This document shows, in pieces, positions 13,148-27,245 of a stretch of DNA of 64,000 nt. A model generated the notes under the pieces. That model did not search any database and was not told where the DNA came from. It was given only the letters and a program-made list of their open reading frames with translations. The DNA comes from Eledone cirrhosa. Lineage: Eukaryota. The stretch spans positions 24,428,001 through 24,492,000 of the forward strand of contig OZ024751.1 in assembly GCA_964016885.1 (NCBI GenBank), read 5' to 3'. A program made the position numbers and the translations under genes. Positions within the stretch are counted from its first letter, which is position 1; each line of letters starts with the position of its first letter.

Positions 13148-13782
13148 GAAGAAAGAGTGAGTGAGAAAGAGATATAGATAGATGTAAATGTATATAAACA
13201 TATATGTGTGTGTGTGAAAATATATGTGTGTGGAGAGAGAGAGAGAGTGCGAGAGAGATAGATAGAGAGAGAGTGAGAGAGAGAGAGAGGGGGAGAGAGA
13301 TAGAGAGAGAGAGAGAGGGGGGGGGGAGATACTCGCATCTATTGAAATACAGTAGCTGTGTGCATCTCTATATACAAACTTTACGTCTATATCAATCCTA
13401 TGAATTTGGTTGACTTAATCTACATATTTGCATATTGAGCCAACCGAAAAAGAAAAGGATTTCTTCGTAGTTGAATTTGGAGAGAATTTGGAGAGCTTTG
13501 TACAGTTTTCATCGAGCTTTTCAATTGGTTAGCAACCCTATTATTCGAGAATACTCTAAGTTATCTTTAATAACTAATTATACGTTATCTCTGCCTCACG
13601 CTTCCTCACACAATGACTATTGAACGTAGCTTACAATGGCGGATATCGTATGAGAGATTTATATTCTAGTCTGTTATTTATTTATTGTTTTTTCTCCATC
13701 ATTTCTACTGTTCTTCTTCCAAGAATCATATTCGATTTCTAGTAACCAATATGTCATATGCTTTCCCCTCGAAATATACATG

Positions 13783-13844
<62 letters not shown>

Positions 13845-13916
13845 ATATATATATTTTATATATATATATATTTATTTATATATATATGTATATATATATT
13901 TATAAATATATATATG

Positions 13917-13947
<31 letters not shown>

Positions 13948-14180
13948 GTATATATATATATGTATGTATATATATATATGTATGTATGTATATATATATG
14001 TATGTATATATATATATAGAGAGAGATCTATATATATAGATTATATATGTATATATGTATACATGTATATATATAGTATATATACATATATGTAAATATG
14101 TATATATGTATACATATATATATATATAGTATATATACATATATATGTATATACATATATATAAACAAATATACATATAT

Positions 14181-14253
<73 letters not shown>

Positions 14254-14327
14254 CATATATATACATATATACATATATAAACAAACATACATATATGCAT
14301 ACATTCATGTATATTTATATATATATA

Positions 14328-14388
<61 letters not shown>

Positions 14389-14407
14389 CTATTTATATAT
14401 ATATATA

Positions 14408-14463
<56 letters not shown>

Positions 14464-14901
14464 TACTTTATGTTTTCTTCGAAAACTAGAAATATCATAC
14501 ATAATAAATATTCAAAATGGCGCTTACAATATGATATGCTATAAGCTGGTAAAAAGATAAGTTGCAATATTTATGTCGAATCAAAGGAAGTTTTTTTTTT
14601 TTAAATATAAGAATATAGAAAATTCGATAATAATAAAAAATATTTGACAACAAATTTATCAGTTTCCTGCAACAAGATACCTTAATATGCCAACTTATAA
14701 ACATTTTATGTGTAAATATAAATATGAAATTTAATATCATGTTATCGATCCTAGCTCGGGCACTTTTTTCTTCAATGCCTGTCATGTTAAAAATTCTGCC
14801 AATATCGCCAGTATCGATTTCATTACCACTCTATGCATTCTATATCATACTTATCAGAGAAATTCTTTAAAGAATATAGGATTTACTTTCAGGTCCATAG
14901 C

Positions 14902-15052
14902 GTCAATAATTGTCACAAATGTAGTGTTTGTACCAGAGTTTTCAAGTTGCTGGCTGGACTAAAAAGTCACACTCGTTCAGCGCATCGGTAGGGGTTCTCC
15001 TACATTGATATAAAGTAGTGGCCATACTCGAAAACGAGTTGGCAGCCACCAT
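14902..15052 (+). mobile_element. Family C non-autonomous RTE derivative, 3' fragment
   Basis: Matches the 3' end of 29084-29682 (remnant CSVCTRVF...LAGLK C2H2 finger) and ends in a TATG-like tract. Confidence 0.8.
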
Positions 15053-15100
15053 GTATATGTGTATATATGTATGTTTATGTATGTATATATGAATGTATAA

Positions 15101-15269
15101 ATAGAGGGGCGGACGCCATGCTTTGACATATAGAGTTACGGTCCTTGCCATTCTGAGTTCAAATCCCGCCAAGGTTAACTTTGCCTTTCATCCTTACAGG
15201 GTCGATAAAATAAAGTACCAGTAATGCACTGGGTAATTGCTGGCCTTGTGCCTAACGTAGAAACAATTA
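15101..15269 (+). mobile_element. SINE family 1
   Basis: Consensus match, slightly 5'-truncated. Confidence 0.85.
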
Positions 15270-15669
15270 TTTGGATGACTTTTATGTAAGAAACAAGCAG
15301 CGAAATTTTATTTTATTTTATTTCAATATATATTTATTTCCGTTCTTTGCATGTGTACATGTCTGTAGTGAATGATTTATCCAATTTGTCGCTTCCTCGT
15401 CACGATTTCGTACTTTACAATGGACATTATGCATTATTTTTTACAAGGAAATTTGGTGCATATGCTTTAAGCTCTGAGTTAAATTTCTAAAACTATTATT
15501 GATTCAAGATTACATCAATATCTTTAAGATCCTGTTTATATAAACAATTAAGTACATACATACACACACACACACACATAAACACAGACACACACACACA
15601 CTGACACGCACATATATATATATATATACACACACACATATATATGTATATATATATATATAAAATTAT

Positions 15670-15767
<98 letters not shown>

Positions 15768-15817
15768 ATGCTTTGGGAGGGTCATGTTGCCAATAATATA
15801 TATATATATATATATAT

Positions 15818-15918
15818 GTAAATATCTTTAAGTCGTTTGGAAGCCTCAACAATGCATTGTCGAGGCTTCCAAACGACTTAAAGATATTTACTTATTATTC
15901 CACAAGCAAACTTCAATA

Positions 15919-15923
<5 letters not shown>
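15818..15923 (+). mobile_element. Fold-back element in (TA)n (74-bp palindrome plus tail)
   Basis: GTAAATATC...AACAATG|CATTGTC...GATATTTAC at 15818-15891 with one mismatch, followed by a 32-bp tail. TA tracts on both sides. Confidence 0.7.
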
Positions 15924-15989
<66 letters not shown>

Positions 15990-16702
15990 GCACATACACA
16001 TACATATATGTATGGATATATACGCCTGTGTGCATACATAAGGAAAGAGAAAGGGATAGAGGTACACTTTAACATTTTGTTTTTACATGCAATTGAATAT
16101 ATATATATATTCATTTTGTTGAGGAATGTTTATTTGAGATTTCTTTTTATAATTTTATATATGGATTCCATAAGTCAAATACCGGAATTGTAATTATCCA
16201 TGAAAAATATACAAACAACTGTGCAAGAGATGTGTGTCATTGTCTGAATTGAGCTTATGAAAACTTGATACTTTCGACGAAACTCTATCCTCCAGAATTG
16301 ATGAGAGATTTTTGCACGAACTCTCAAACATGGTAATGAATATAAAGCATAATTAAAATATTATATACAATTATTCGTCAACGTGTATCAAATTTCTATT
16401 TGTGGTTTCCAATTTTATATCAGAATATTTCTAGTTAGACATCGTCTTGTGAGGAATATTATAAATATTATTTCGTTTTTATGCTGTAGCAATTCCGAAA
16501 ACTAATTTTGGGGAAGAGATATTGTATCAAACTTAGACAAAGATGAAAGCAATAAAATTGTTGAACTTGCTTAAGATATACAAATATATGAATATAAAAA
16601 TATTATAAATATATTCTGACAAACTTTATCCTGATTGGTACTGAAATATAAGATTTTATGTTTGGAAATATATATACATATATTACCAAACACCAATAGA
16701 AT

Positions 16703-16751
<49 letters not shown>

Positions 16752-17269
16752 TATGTATATATATATATGTGTGTGTGTTATATATTTTAGGTATTCATTT
16801 CTAAAAAAATATGGATTACTTGTAACAATTAAAATTACTAACGACGAATATATAGTCAGTCTTCGAAAACGATTGGTAAGTAAATGACTTCTAAAAATAT
16901 AGATAGTTTTAAAAAGATATAACATCTTTAAAAGGAGAACTTGGAGAAGACAAACTGGAACAGGAGTCAAGATGTCTTCATTGATGTATCATTGTCACAG
17001 CTATTAAATCAAACATAAGAAACGTATCCTTTGACGATTTATAAACATAGTCGTTGCAATCAAAATGGCTTCCAAACAATAAAGATGTCAAATTTCTTTG
17101 AAATCTCCGCTCAAATGAGAAATGGCTTAACTTCGACGCCGTCAACAACGTGTTGTTAAAACAATTACGTATGTGTGCTTACACGTAAACGAGTGTGTGT
17201 GTGTGTGTGTGTGTAAATATACGCGAAAATATAATACACACATGCACGCACCCGCACACTCAGGCACAA

Positions 17270-17366
<97 letters not shown>

Positions 17367-17401
17367 TATATATATATAATATATGTATGTATATATGTAT
17401 A

Positions 17402-17478
<77 letters not shown>

Positions 17479-17536
17479 TATATATATATAAATATATATA
17501 TAATATATATAATATATGTATATATATATGTATATA

Positions 17537-17577
<41 letters not shown>

Positions 17578-17594
17578 GTATATATATATGTATA

Positions 17595-17651
<57 letters not shown>

Positions 17652-17701
17652 AATATATATATAATATATGTATATATATATGTATATATATATTATATAT
17701 G

Positions 17702-17739
<38 letters not shown>

Positions 17740-17824
17740 TATATACAAATAATTATATATATACATATATATATATATACATATATAAATATATATATAT
17801 ATATATAAATATATATATATACAT

Positions 17825-17863
<39 letters not shown>

Positions 17864-17864
17864 A

Positions 17865-17955
<91 letters not shown>

Positions 17956-18209
17956 TATATATATAAATATATATATATACAAAGATGGCGCTGTTTGTTT
18001 GCTATATATTATGTTAGTTTGCTTCTGTATATTTGTTGTAACAAATATATATATTGCGTGCAGTATATATGCCATTTAGATTTCTTCTGTTTGACGTGAC
18101 GTTTTCATAGAAGTTCCATGATATTCTCTGTCTCTCTTGATTTTTGTTTACTATTTTATTCTCATATAGTGATAGAGAAGGTGATTGCGAGAGGATGTAT
18201 ATACAGAGA

Positions 18210-18314
<105 letters not shown>

Positions 18315-19299
18315 AATGACAAATATGGTGTAGTTGGAAGAATAAAATATAAAAAAAAGACTCTAAGATCTAGATACTAAGAATATATATAGAAACAAAC
18401 CTATATGTCACATAATCATTATATAGAAAATATGGACTTTGTCATTTTATAGAGAAATGTGGACTATATTATCCTTGGATCAACTAAAATTATTTTCCAT
18501 GTAAGCTTTCGTCTTTAACCGTACTAGACTCTATTAGGTTTGTTGATTCAACAATTGGCAGCGAGGAATTTGATTAAACTAGGAATCATTCCGGTCCAGT
18601 GGAGCAGAAAAGCCAGAATAAAATAAATGCGCCTGATCTATCTATATCCATCTGTCATTTTTTCTCTCTTTCTGTCTCTCCTCTCTCGCTCCGTTGTAAT
18701 TCTCATTTGTTTAAACAGTAGCGAATGCAAATGCGAGAAAGAAGTTTTTTTGTTGTTGTTTCCATCTAGTTTTTAAGATGGCGTCGATCACACAGCTGTT
18801 GCATCGGTCAATAAAATTCTGATGCAGCTGACATTTTAAAAACCTCATGAATACAATGAAGACAACTTTTGATTCCAGCATGGATAGAAAGAATCGTTGG
18901 ATGCTATAGATTAACTGCTTCAGATCTGTCGTCTCTCGGTTGAAATACGCTCTCGATATTGACCAAACACTAAATCAAATATTTACTTTAGGATTCATTG
19001 ATATCATTATCAATATTATTCTTGCGACGATTATGGAGATCACGCAAGAAGATCGTGTTTGTCATGAGGTTGAGTGGTGGGGGCTGAGGTAATGCAGGAG
19101 AGGAAATAATACAGGAGGTGGAAGGTAATATCAGAGAAGGAATAAATAAATTTTATATACATTATTATTACTATGAAGTATCAACGACTTGTAAATGTTG
19201 AATTAAAATAAAACTTGCATTTGCTTCACTTATAAATGAACCAACACCATTTCAATAAATATGTACTTAAATTTAGTTAAACTTTGTTCTAAGACAAAG

Positions 19300-19535
19300 A
19301 CTTATCAGGCTGGAGCTTATCCACGGTTTCCTTGGCGCTAAATGACTGAGGGTACAAGACTCCGATCTATCGGAAGTTTAATTCCCCAACTACTGCTGGT
19401 ACTTCCTCTCGGTTGAGTGTACTGAAGCAATTTGAAATAAAGGTGTTTTTCTCAAGAAGCTGACGCATGATTCGAACCGACCCCATTACAATCGCACATC
19501 AAACATCCTAACTATTCGTTCATACACCTTCACAA
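19300..19535 (-). mobile_element. Old SINE family 2 (CORE/Meta-like)
   Basis: CTTATCCACGGTTTCC...TACAAGACTC...GCAAnnTGAAATAAA..TT.TCAAGAA...TCGAACC...CATCCTAAC. Relatives at 20045-20215, 33440-33675, 48150-48285 and 48372-48482. Confidence 0.65.
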
Positions 19536-20328
19536 ACATATGGAGCATGCATCCTAACGTGGTTAACTTTTATATGATTAATACTTTCTTCTTCTGTATT
19601 ATTTATTTGGTTTTTATTGCTAATACTGATACTATAATTATTATTCTTATTTGAGTTATTTATTTACATCCAGATTTCTTTCTTTTTCGATATTTTAACA
19701 ATTCATTTATTTGACCACAAATTGTATATCTTCTTCAGCACGACTTGTATAGCATGATATAGGTATTAAATGTAATTATGTATACATAAAACTATATACA
19801 TACCACACAATGTATAATGTAAAATCAACCATGTCCTTCAAACCCATACCAAAATACTCACAAAATAACAACAACCATCCTAAAACAATTAGTGGTATGA
19901 AGGTGACAGACGTCATCGAACTGAAGCTGTTGAATAACTTGGTTTTATACTAGATATATATATATTACGGTACTAATAATTAAAAATTTAAAGAGTGGAA
20001 TATATTTACATACCTAAAGTCTAAAGTCTGTCTCAGCCCGAAGGTTCATTAGGCTGGTGCTTATCCCGGAAGCGACTGATAGTACAAGACTCCACACTGG
20101 ATATGACGCCAGTCCTTCGCATGGTTAAACCCACGGCTATTGGTTATTTCATTTTCAGCTGAGTATATTAGAACAACGAGGAATGAAGTGTTTTGCTCAA
20201 GGTATTCGAAATATAACAAAGGAATATAACAGATAAAATCCATGGGGCTGAAAATCATAGACAAGAGGACGACCGACCATCTAGCATCTTCTACTTTAGT
20301 CGGTCGTCCTCAATATATATATATATAT

Positions 20329-20739
20329 ATGGTGGATGCCAACTCGTTTTCCTGTACGGCCACTACTTTATATCCATGTAGGAGAACCCCTACCGATGCG
20401 CTGAACACGTGTGACTTTTTAGTCCAGCCAGCGACTTAAAAACTCTGGTACAAACACTACACTTGTGACAATTATTGACACATAGTGCTGGGCCCATGGT
20501 ACCATGTGATGACAAGTGCAGAGAGATCTCCAGATATAAAGCAATGCCTATGCCGTGAAACTTTTATAGTGAGCAAAGGCACTGCACAAAGCCAGTCCCA
20601 CTCTCTTAACCAAGATGATATTTACCAAAAAGAAGAACAAGTCAACATCATTGGATACCATCAGGGTTGCAGGTGTTATATCAGAGTTTTCCTTCTCCTA
20701 GAATTCTGCCTTAACAAAGGCTAAGGGGTCATCTCTCCC
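20329..20739 (-). mobile_element. Family C non-autonomous RTE derivative
   Basis: About 410 bp, near-identical to 29084-29490; inserted in (TA)n. Confidence 0.85.
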
Positions 20740-20801
20740 ATATATATATATACATATATATATGTATATATATATACATATACATATATATATATATATA
20801 C

Positions 20802-20910
<109 letters not shown>

Positions 20911-21259
20911 CATAAAGGATGACAGACTAAATAAAAAAGTGATATATTAAAATTAGGTATACCACACTATTGCCAGATATAATACGCGATCAAAAATTCA
21001 TTCATATTCTTTTTATCATGAAATTAGATTACTATATTAGCGATATCAAAAGTCAAATTTAAAATAAAAAAATTTCATTATTTACTTTAGTTCTTCATTG
21101 CAATCCCCTAGCGGATTTTTATAACGATAGTTGTTCATGTTACACCAGCGGAAGATGTTACGAGCATGCATATAAATGAAGACCATTAATAGAAGACCAT
21201 TAAGAAAAAGAAATTTGTAATATACATACATATATACATTCATATGTATATACATATAT

Positions 21260-21364
<105 letters not shown>

Positions 21365-21365
21365 A

Positions 21366-21445
<80 letters not shown>

Positions 21446-21492
21446 GTGTATATATATGTGTATATATATATATATAGGTGTGTATATATATG

Positions 21493-21527
<35 letters not shown>

Positions 21528-21588
21528 GTATATATTTATATATATATATTTATATATATTTATATATATATATATATTTATATATATT

Positions 21589-21619
<31 letters not shown>

Positions 21620-21639
21620 ATTTATATATATATATATAT

Positions 21640-21691
<52 letters not shown>

Positions 21692-21702
21692 ATATATGTA
21701 TA

Positions 21703-21744
<42 letters not shown>

Positions 21745-21956
21745 TATATACAAATGTACATACATACATGCCTACATACACAGACATACGTACATATTCA
21801 TTACATGTTTATTAATGTGTATGCATATTTATGAGTGTATGAATGCTGTTTAGACGAGGCTCGCCTGGTTTTAAATAGCTCACTACAACTACCTATAAAG
21901 ATAGGCGCATACATACACATACTCACTCACACACACACACATATATATATATACAC

Positions 21957-22045
<89 letters not shown>

Positions 22046-22267
22046 ATGGATATAGATATAGATATAGATATAGATATGGAAGTACATATACATATATATA
22101 TTATGAAGAGAGAAGAAACATTTAGATATAATTAGTAATAAATCGTGGTTATAAGAGGCTTAGCTCTGTTTCTCGACCGTTATATCGCGTGACTATCTCC
22201 CCCTCCGCCTTTTGGGATTCTTTCTCACGTCGTGTAGACGCGTTCTTGAGACTAGTAAAATGAGGTA

Positions 22268-22355
22268 TCCTCTTGATAAGTCGGCAGACCTCGCAAGGAC
22301 TCTATATCTTTGATATATTGTTTTTGCTTATGCCACGAAACTACGTAGTCGAGGA
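22268..22355 (+). ncRNA. Type I hammerhead ribozyme, U3-A8 core variant (copy 1)
   Basis: TCCTC-TTGATAA-[GTcGGCA...TGCCAC]-GAAACTACGTAGTC|GAGGA. 5-bp helix I and palindromic helix III ACTACGTAGT; predicted cut after 22350. Confidence 0.85.
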
Positions 22356-22858
22356 ATTTAGGAACAGTTTAGGTATGATACATTTTATTACTAATTATAT
22401 CTAAATGTTTCTTCTCTCTTCATAATGTATTTTTAACTCTGATACTGGTTCAGTCTGGTTCAAACTGAATTGGTCTGTCCCAGTCATTCATTGAGCAACA
22501 TCGGTGAAGTTGGCACCCTTAACTCACAGTTGGGTGCGGATGCATTCATGTATATATGTGTGTGTCCGCATGTATCTGTGTGTTTCTAAATATATTAATA
22601 ACTCCCTCTGGTCGAGCAATCTTTGAAGTGTGGGGACAACTGGAAAGCTTCCATTACTCATACTTCTCGCCTTCTTCACTACCTCTTCTACGGCCTCGAT
22701 ATGAATACCCCCTCCGCCTCCGTGGTATTTTCTTCGTGGTTATAAGAGGCTTAGCTCTGTTTCTCGACCGTTATATCGCGTGACTATCTCCCCCTCCGCC
22801 TTTTGGGATTCTTTCTCACGTCGTGTAGACGCGTTCTTGAGACTAGTAAAATGAGGTA

Positions 22859-22946
22859 TCCTCTTGATAAGTCGGCAGACCTCGCAAGGACTCTATATCT
22901 TTGATATATTGTTTTTGTTTATGCCACGAAACTACGTAGTCGAGGA
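22859..22946 (+). ncRNA. Type I hammerhead ribozyme, U3-A8 core variant (copy 2)
   Basis: Same motif as copy 1; predicted cut after 22941. Confidence 0.85.
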
Positions 22947-23449
22947 ATTTAGGAACAGTTTAGGTATGATACATTTTATTACTAATTATATCTAAATGTT
23001 TCTTCTCTCTTCATAATGTATTTTTAACTCTGATACTGGTTCAGTCTGGTTCAAACTGAATTGGTCTGTCCCAGTCATTCATTGAGCAACATCGGTGAAG
23101 TTGGCACCCTTAACTCACAGTTGGGTGCGGATGCATTCATGTATATATGTGTGTGTCCGCATGTATCTGTGTGTTTCTAAATATATTAATAACTCCCTCT
23201 GGTCGAGCAATCTTTGAAGTGTGGGGACAACTGGAAAGCTTCCATTACTCATACTTCTCGCCTTCTTCACTACCTCTTCTACGGCCTCGATATGAATACC
23301 CCCTCCGCCTCCGTGGTATTTTCTTCGTGGTTATAAGAGGCTTAGCTCTGTTTCTCGACCGTTATATCGCGTGACTATCTCCCCCTCCGCCTTTTGGGAT
23401 TCTTTCTCACGTCGTGTAGACGCGTTCTTGAGACTAGTAAAATGAGGTA

Positions 23450-23537
23450 TCCTCTTGATAAGTCGGCAGACCTCGCAAGGACTCTATATCTTTGATATAT
23501 TGTTTTTGTTTATGCCACGAAACTACGTAGTCGAGGA
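23450..23537 (+). ncRNA. Type I hammerhead ribozyme, U3-A8 core variant (copy 3)
   Basis: Same motif as copy 1; predicted cut after 23532. Confidence 0.85.
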
Positions 23538-23861
23538 ATTTAGGAACAGTTTAGGTATGATACATTTTATTACTAATTATATCTAAATGTTTCTTCTCTC
23601 TTCATAATGTATTTTTAACTCTGATACTGGTTCAGTCTGGTTCAAACTGAATTGGTCTGTCCCAGTCATTCATTGAGCAACATCGGTGAAGTTGGCACCC
23701 TTAACTCACAGTTGGGTGCGGATGCATTCATGTATATATGTGTGTGTCCGCATGTATCTGTGTGTTTCTAAATATATTATACATATATATATGTATATAC
23801 AATCGGCACTTCATTCGTGTAATATATTTACATATATTTACATATATCCACTGTTTCTGTT

Positions 23862-24013
<152 letters not shown>

Positions 24014-24194
24014 AGATTTTTTATTGTGAGAAATCCTAATCTCATCATTTCATTGATGCAGTTTCGTGTTGCCATGACAACAGGCATAAGCAATCTCGTA
24101 TTTTGAGTACCCGAGTAAAAACATTACATTCCCATTTAAACAAACACCATTGCATATATATATATATATATGTATATATACATGCATATATATA

Positions 24195-24251
<57 letters not shown>

Positions 24252-24252
24252 G

Positions 24253-24285
<33 letters not shown>

Positions 24286-24312
24286 GCATATATATATATA
24301 TGTATATATACA

Positions 24313-24413
<101 letters not shown>

Positions 24414-24423
24414 GCACACACAA

Positions 24424-24458
<35 letters not shown>

Positions 24459-24804
24459 CAATGGTATATTTTTAATCAAATATGTGAAGAGGTTGATGTA
24501 AGCAACTCTTAACAGAAATACTGTCGTTATGAAGGGCTGGATGATTTAGGTGAGTGGGTCTTACAGAATGTGAAGGAAAATTAGGGGAGGTAAAAGCTAA
24601 AGCAAAGGGGTTGGTATAAAATGCTCAATTATTAAAATGGGGGTCGATTGTGATTGTGAGTGTATGTATATGTGCATGTGAAGGAGATACTCAATATCTG
24701 TGATTATGTCGATATGTGAGTTTGTGGGTGTGTATTCACAAGTGTGATATAAAGAGCCCACATGCCACGTAGACAAACAAACACAGTATGCATACAAATA
24801 TGTA

Positions 24805-24874
<70 letters not shown>

Positions 24875-25029
24875 AGAATATATATATATATATATATATA
24901 TAAGAATATATATACATATATATATATTCCAATTAATTTCCTTCCTTTCCTCCACATTTCTGCCCCCCCCCCCCCATCACCACCTCACACATAGTATACA
25001 TTCGTCTATGATGGCCGAAGGAACGAAAT

Positions 25030-25421
25030 ATGACCCTTTAGCCTTTGTCAAGGCAGAATTCTAGGAGAAGGAAAACTCTGATATAACACCTGCAACCCTG
25101 ATGGTATCCAATGATGTTGACTTGTCCTTCTTTTTAGTAAATATCATCTTGGTTAAGAGAGTGGGACTGGCTTTGTGCAGTACCTTTGCTCACTATAAAA
25201 GGTTCACGGCACAGGCATTGCTTTATATCTGGAGATCTCTCTGCACTTGTCGTCATATGGTACCATGGGCCCAGCACTATGTGTCAATAAATGTCACAAG
25301 TGTAGAGTTTTCAAGTCGCTGGCTGGACTAAAAAGTCACACTCATTCAGCGCATCGGTAGGGGTTCTCCTACATGGATATAAAGTAGTGGCCGTACTCGA
25401 AAACGAGTTGGCAGCCACCAT
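25030..25421 (+). mobile_element. Family C non-autonomous RTE derivative
   Basis: Reverse complement of 20329-20739 with a small internal deletion. Confidence 0.85.
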
Positions 25422-25709
25422 GTAATTATATGTATGTATGTAATTATATGTATGTATGTAAGTATGTATGTATATATGTATGCGTATAACCGAGTGAAGG
25501 AATGTGAGTGTAGCTAAATAGGTTTGTGTAACATTACAAATAGTAAAAAAAAAAAAAAAGATAAAACAACACAAAAAATATAGTAAAAAATTAATACATT
25601 TTAAAATGAAAGCAAAAGATTTTATGATAAGGAAATACTTTTTTTTTTAATCATAATTGAAATTATAAAATAATATGGTAATTAGCAAATAAAATCTGTA
25701 TTGCAATCA

Positions 25710-25720
25710 CCATCATAAAT

Positions 25721-25757
<37 letters not shown>

Positions 25758-26440
25758 CTTTCACCATCAACACTCTCATCATAATCATCATCATCATCAT
25801 CTCTCTCATCATTACTCACAATCATCCTTGGTCACTGACATCATCATCATCATCAGCAGCAGCAGCATCAGCAGCAGCAGGAGTATCGTGTCATTATTAT
25901 CATTATTATTATTATCGTTATCACCGTTATCATCATCATCACCGTCGTTATCAACACTATCAGCGTTCTCATCATGATTATAATCATCATTACCAATCAT
26001 CTGGACATCATCATCATCACCATTACCATCATCATCATCATCATTTTCATCACAATCATTATCATCATCATCATCATCATCAACAACATTATCACTATTA
26101 TCATCATCATCACCATTACGATTACCATCATCATTTTCATCACCATCATTATCATTATCATTATCATCATCATCAACAACAATATCATTATTATCCCCAC
26201 TATCATCACTAATATCACGATTATCATCCTCATCACTATTCTCACGTACGCCATTATCATCATCACCATTATCATCATCACGATTATCATCATCACCATT
26301 ATCATCATCACTATCCTCATCATCACCACCCTTATCAACACCATTCCCACCACCACCATCATCATCATCACCATATATCATCATCATCATCATCATTATC
26401 ATCACCATTATCATCATCTTAACATTATTATCATTTATCA
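25710..26440. repeat. Degenerate (CAT)n tract
   Basis: ATC/ATT/ACC triplet repeats; source of the Asp/Ile/Met-rich ORFs. Confidence 0.9.
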
Positions 26441-26441
26441 T

Positions 26442-26632
26442 GGCGGTGGACTGGCAGTATCGGTAGAGGGTCGGGCGCCATGATTTGACGCATAGAGTTA
26501 CGGCCCTTGCCATTCTGATTTCAAATCCAGCCGAGGTTAACTTTGCCTTTCATCCTTACGGGGGTCGATAAAATAAAGTACCAGTAATGCACTGGGATAA
26601 TTGCTGGCCTTGTGCCAAAAGTAGAAACAATT
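26442..26632 (+). mobile_element. SINE family 1
   Basis: Full-length consensus match. Confidence 0.9.
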
Positions 26633-26850
26633 ATTATCATTAATAGTAACAGCCGACATAATCAAGATGCTCAAGTTTAGTAGATGTCTCTTGACCAATT
26701 GACACCCAGGCTGACTGAACCCAAAGGCAATGGGTTACGAAGCAGTCACTTTAACCACACAGCCATGCCTCTAATCAAGTTGGCTCTATTGAAACCTCTG
26801 TGTAATATGAGCGTGGATAAAATGTTTGAAACGGTTCAATTATTGCTATA

Positions 26851-26916
26851 AAACCTGACGATCATTTCGTATATTGGAATTAATTCAACAGACTTCGCGA
26901 AACTTAAGTAACGGTT
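26851..26916 (+). ncRNA. Decayed hammerhead ribozyme
   Basis: CTGACGA (26855-61)...GAAACTTAAGTA with palindromic ACTTAAGT. Helix I and the base of stem II are imperfect. Confidence 0.45.
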
Positions 26917-26972
26917 AATATAAGTAAATTGATTCAACATTCACTATATAACACACTCACAAGTATACATTA

Positions 26973-27048
<76 letters not shown>

Positions 27049-27163
27049 GGGAGGAGAGGGATCAAAAGAGAGTGTGAGAGAGGGAGAAATATAAAGGTAG
27101 ATATACATATCTTGACTATGTACACTAACAAACCTATCAGCTTATATATACATGTGTATATAA

Positions 27164-27245
<82 letters not shown>

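Larger units (their letters stand above)
22143..23779 (+). repeat. Tandem array of 591-bp units (2.8 copies), retrozyme/pLTR-like
   Basis: Period 591 (22143/22734/23325), units nearly identical, one HHR per unit, microsatellite-rich flanks. Confidence 0.95.

Noticed and set aside
16150-16950. Possible decayed Penelope RT (ELMKT*YF..., KYYIQLF)
   Set aside because: Too degenerate and AT-rich to support by eye; needs tBLASTx against PLE RTs.
19671-19742. Minus-strand CTGAAGA-A-GATAT...ATATC-GAAA
   Set aside because: Stem II pairs, but helix I and helix III are absent; at best a relic.
22556-22783. 75-aa ORF repeated in the 591-bp array
   Set aside because: Non-ATG start, no recognisable motif, and identity explained by the duplication. 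Translation from a circular RNA cannot be excluded.
22143-23779. CRISPR-like interpretation of this or other arrays
   Set aside because: Eukaryotic context, no unique spacers and no cas genes.
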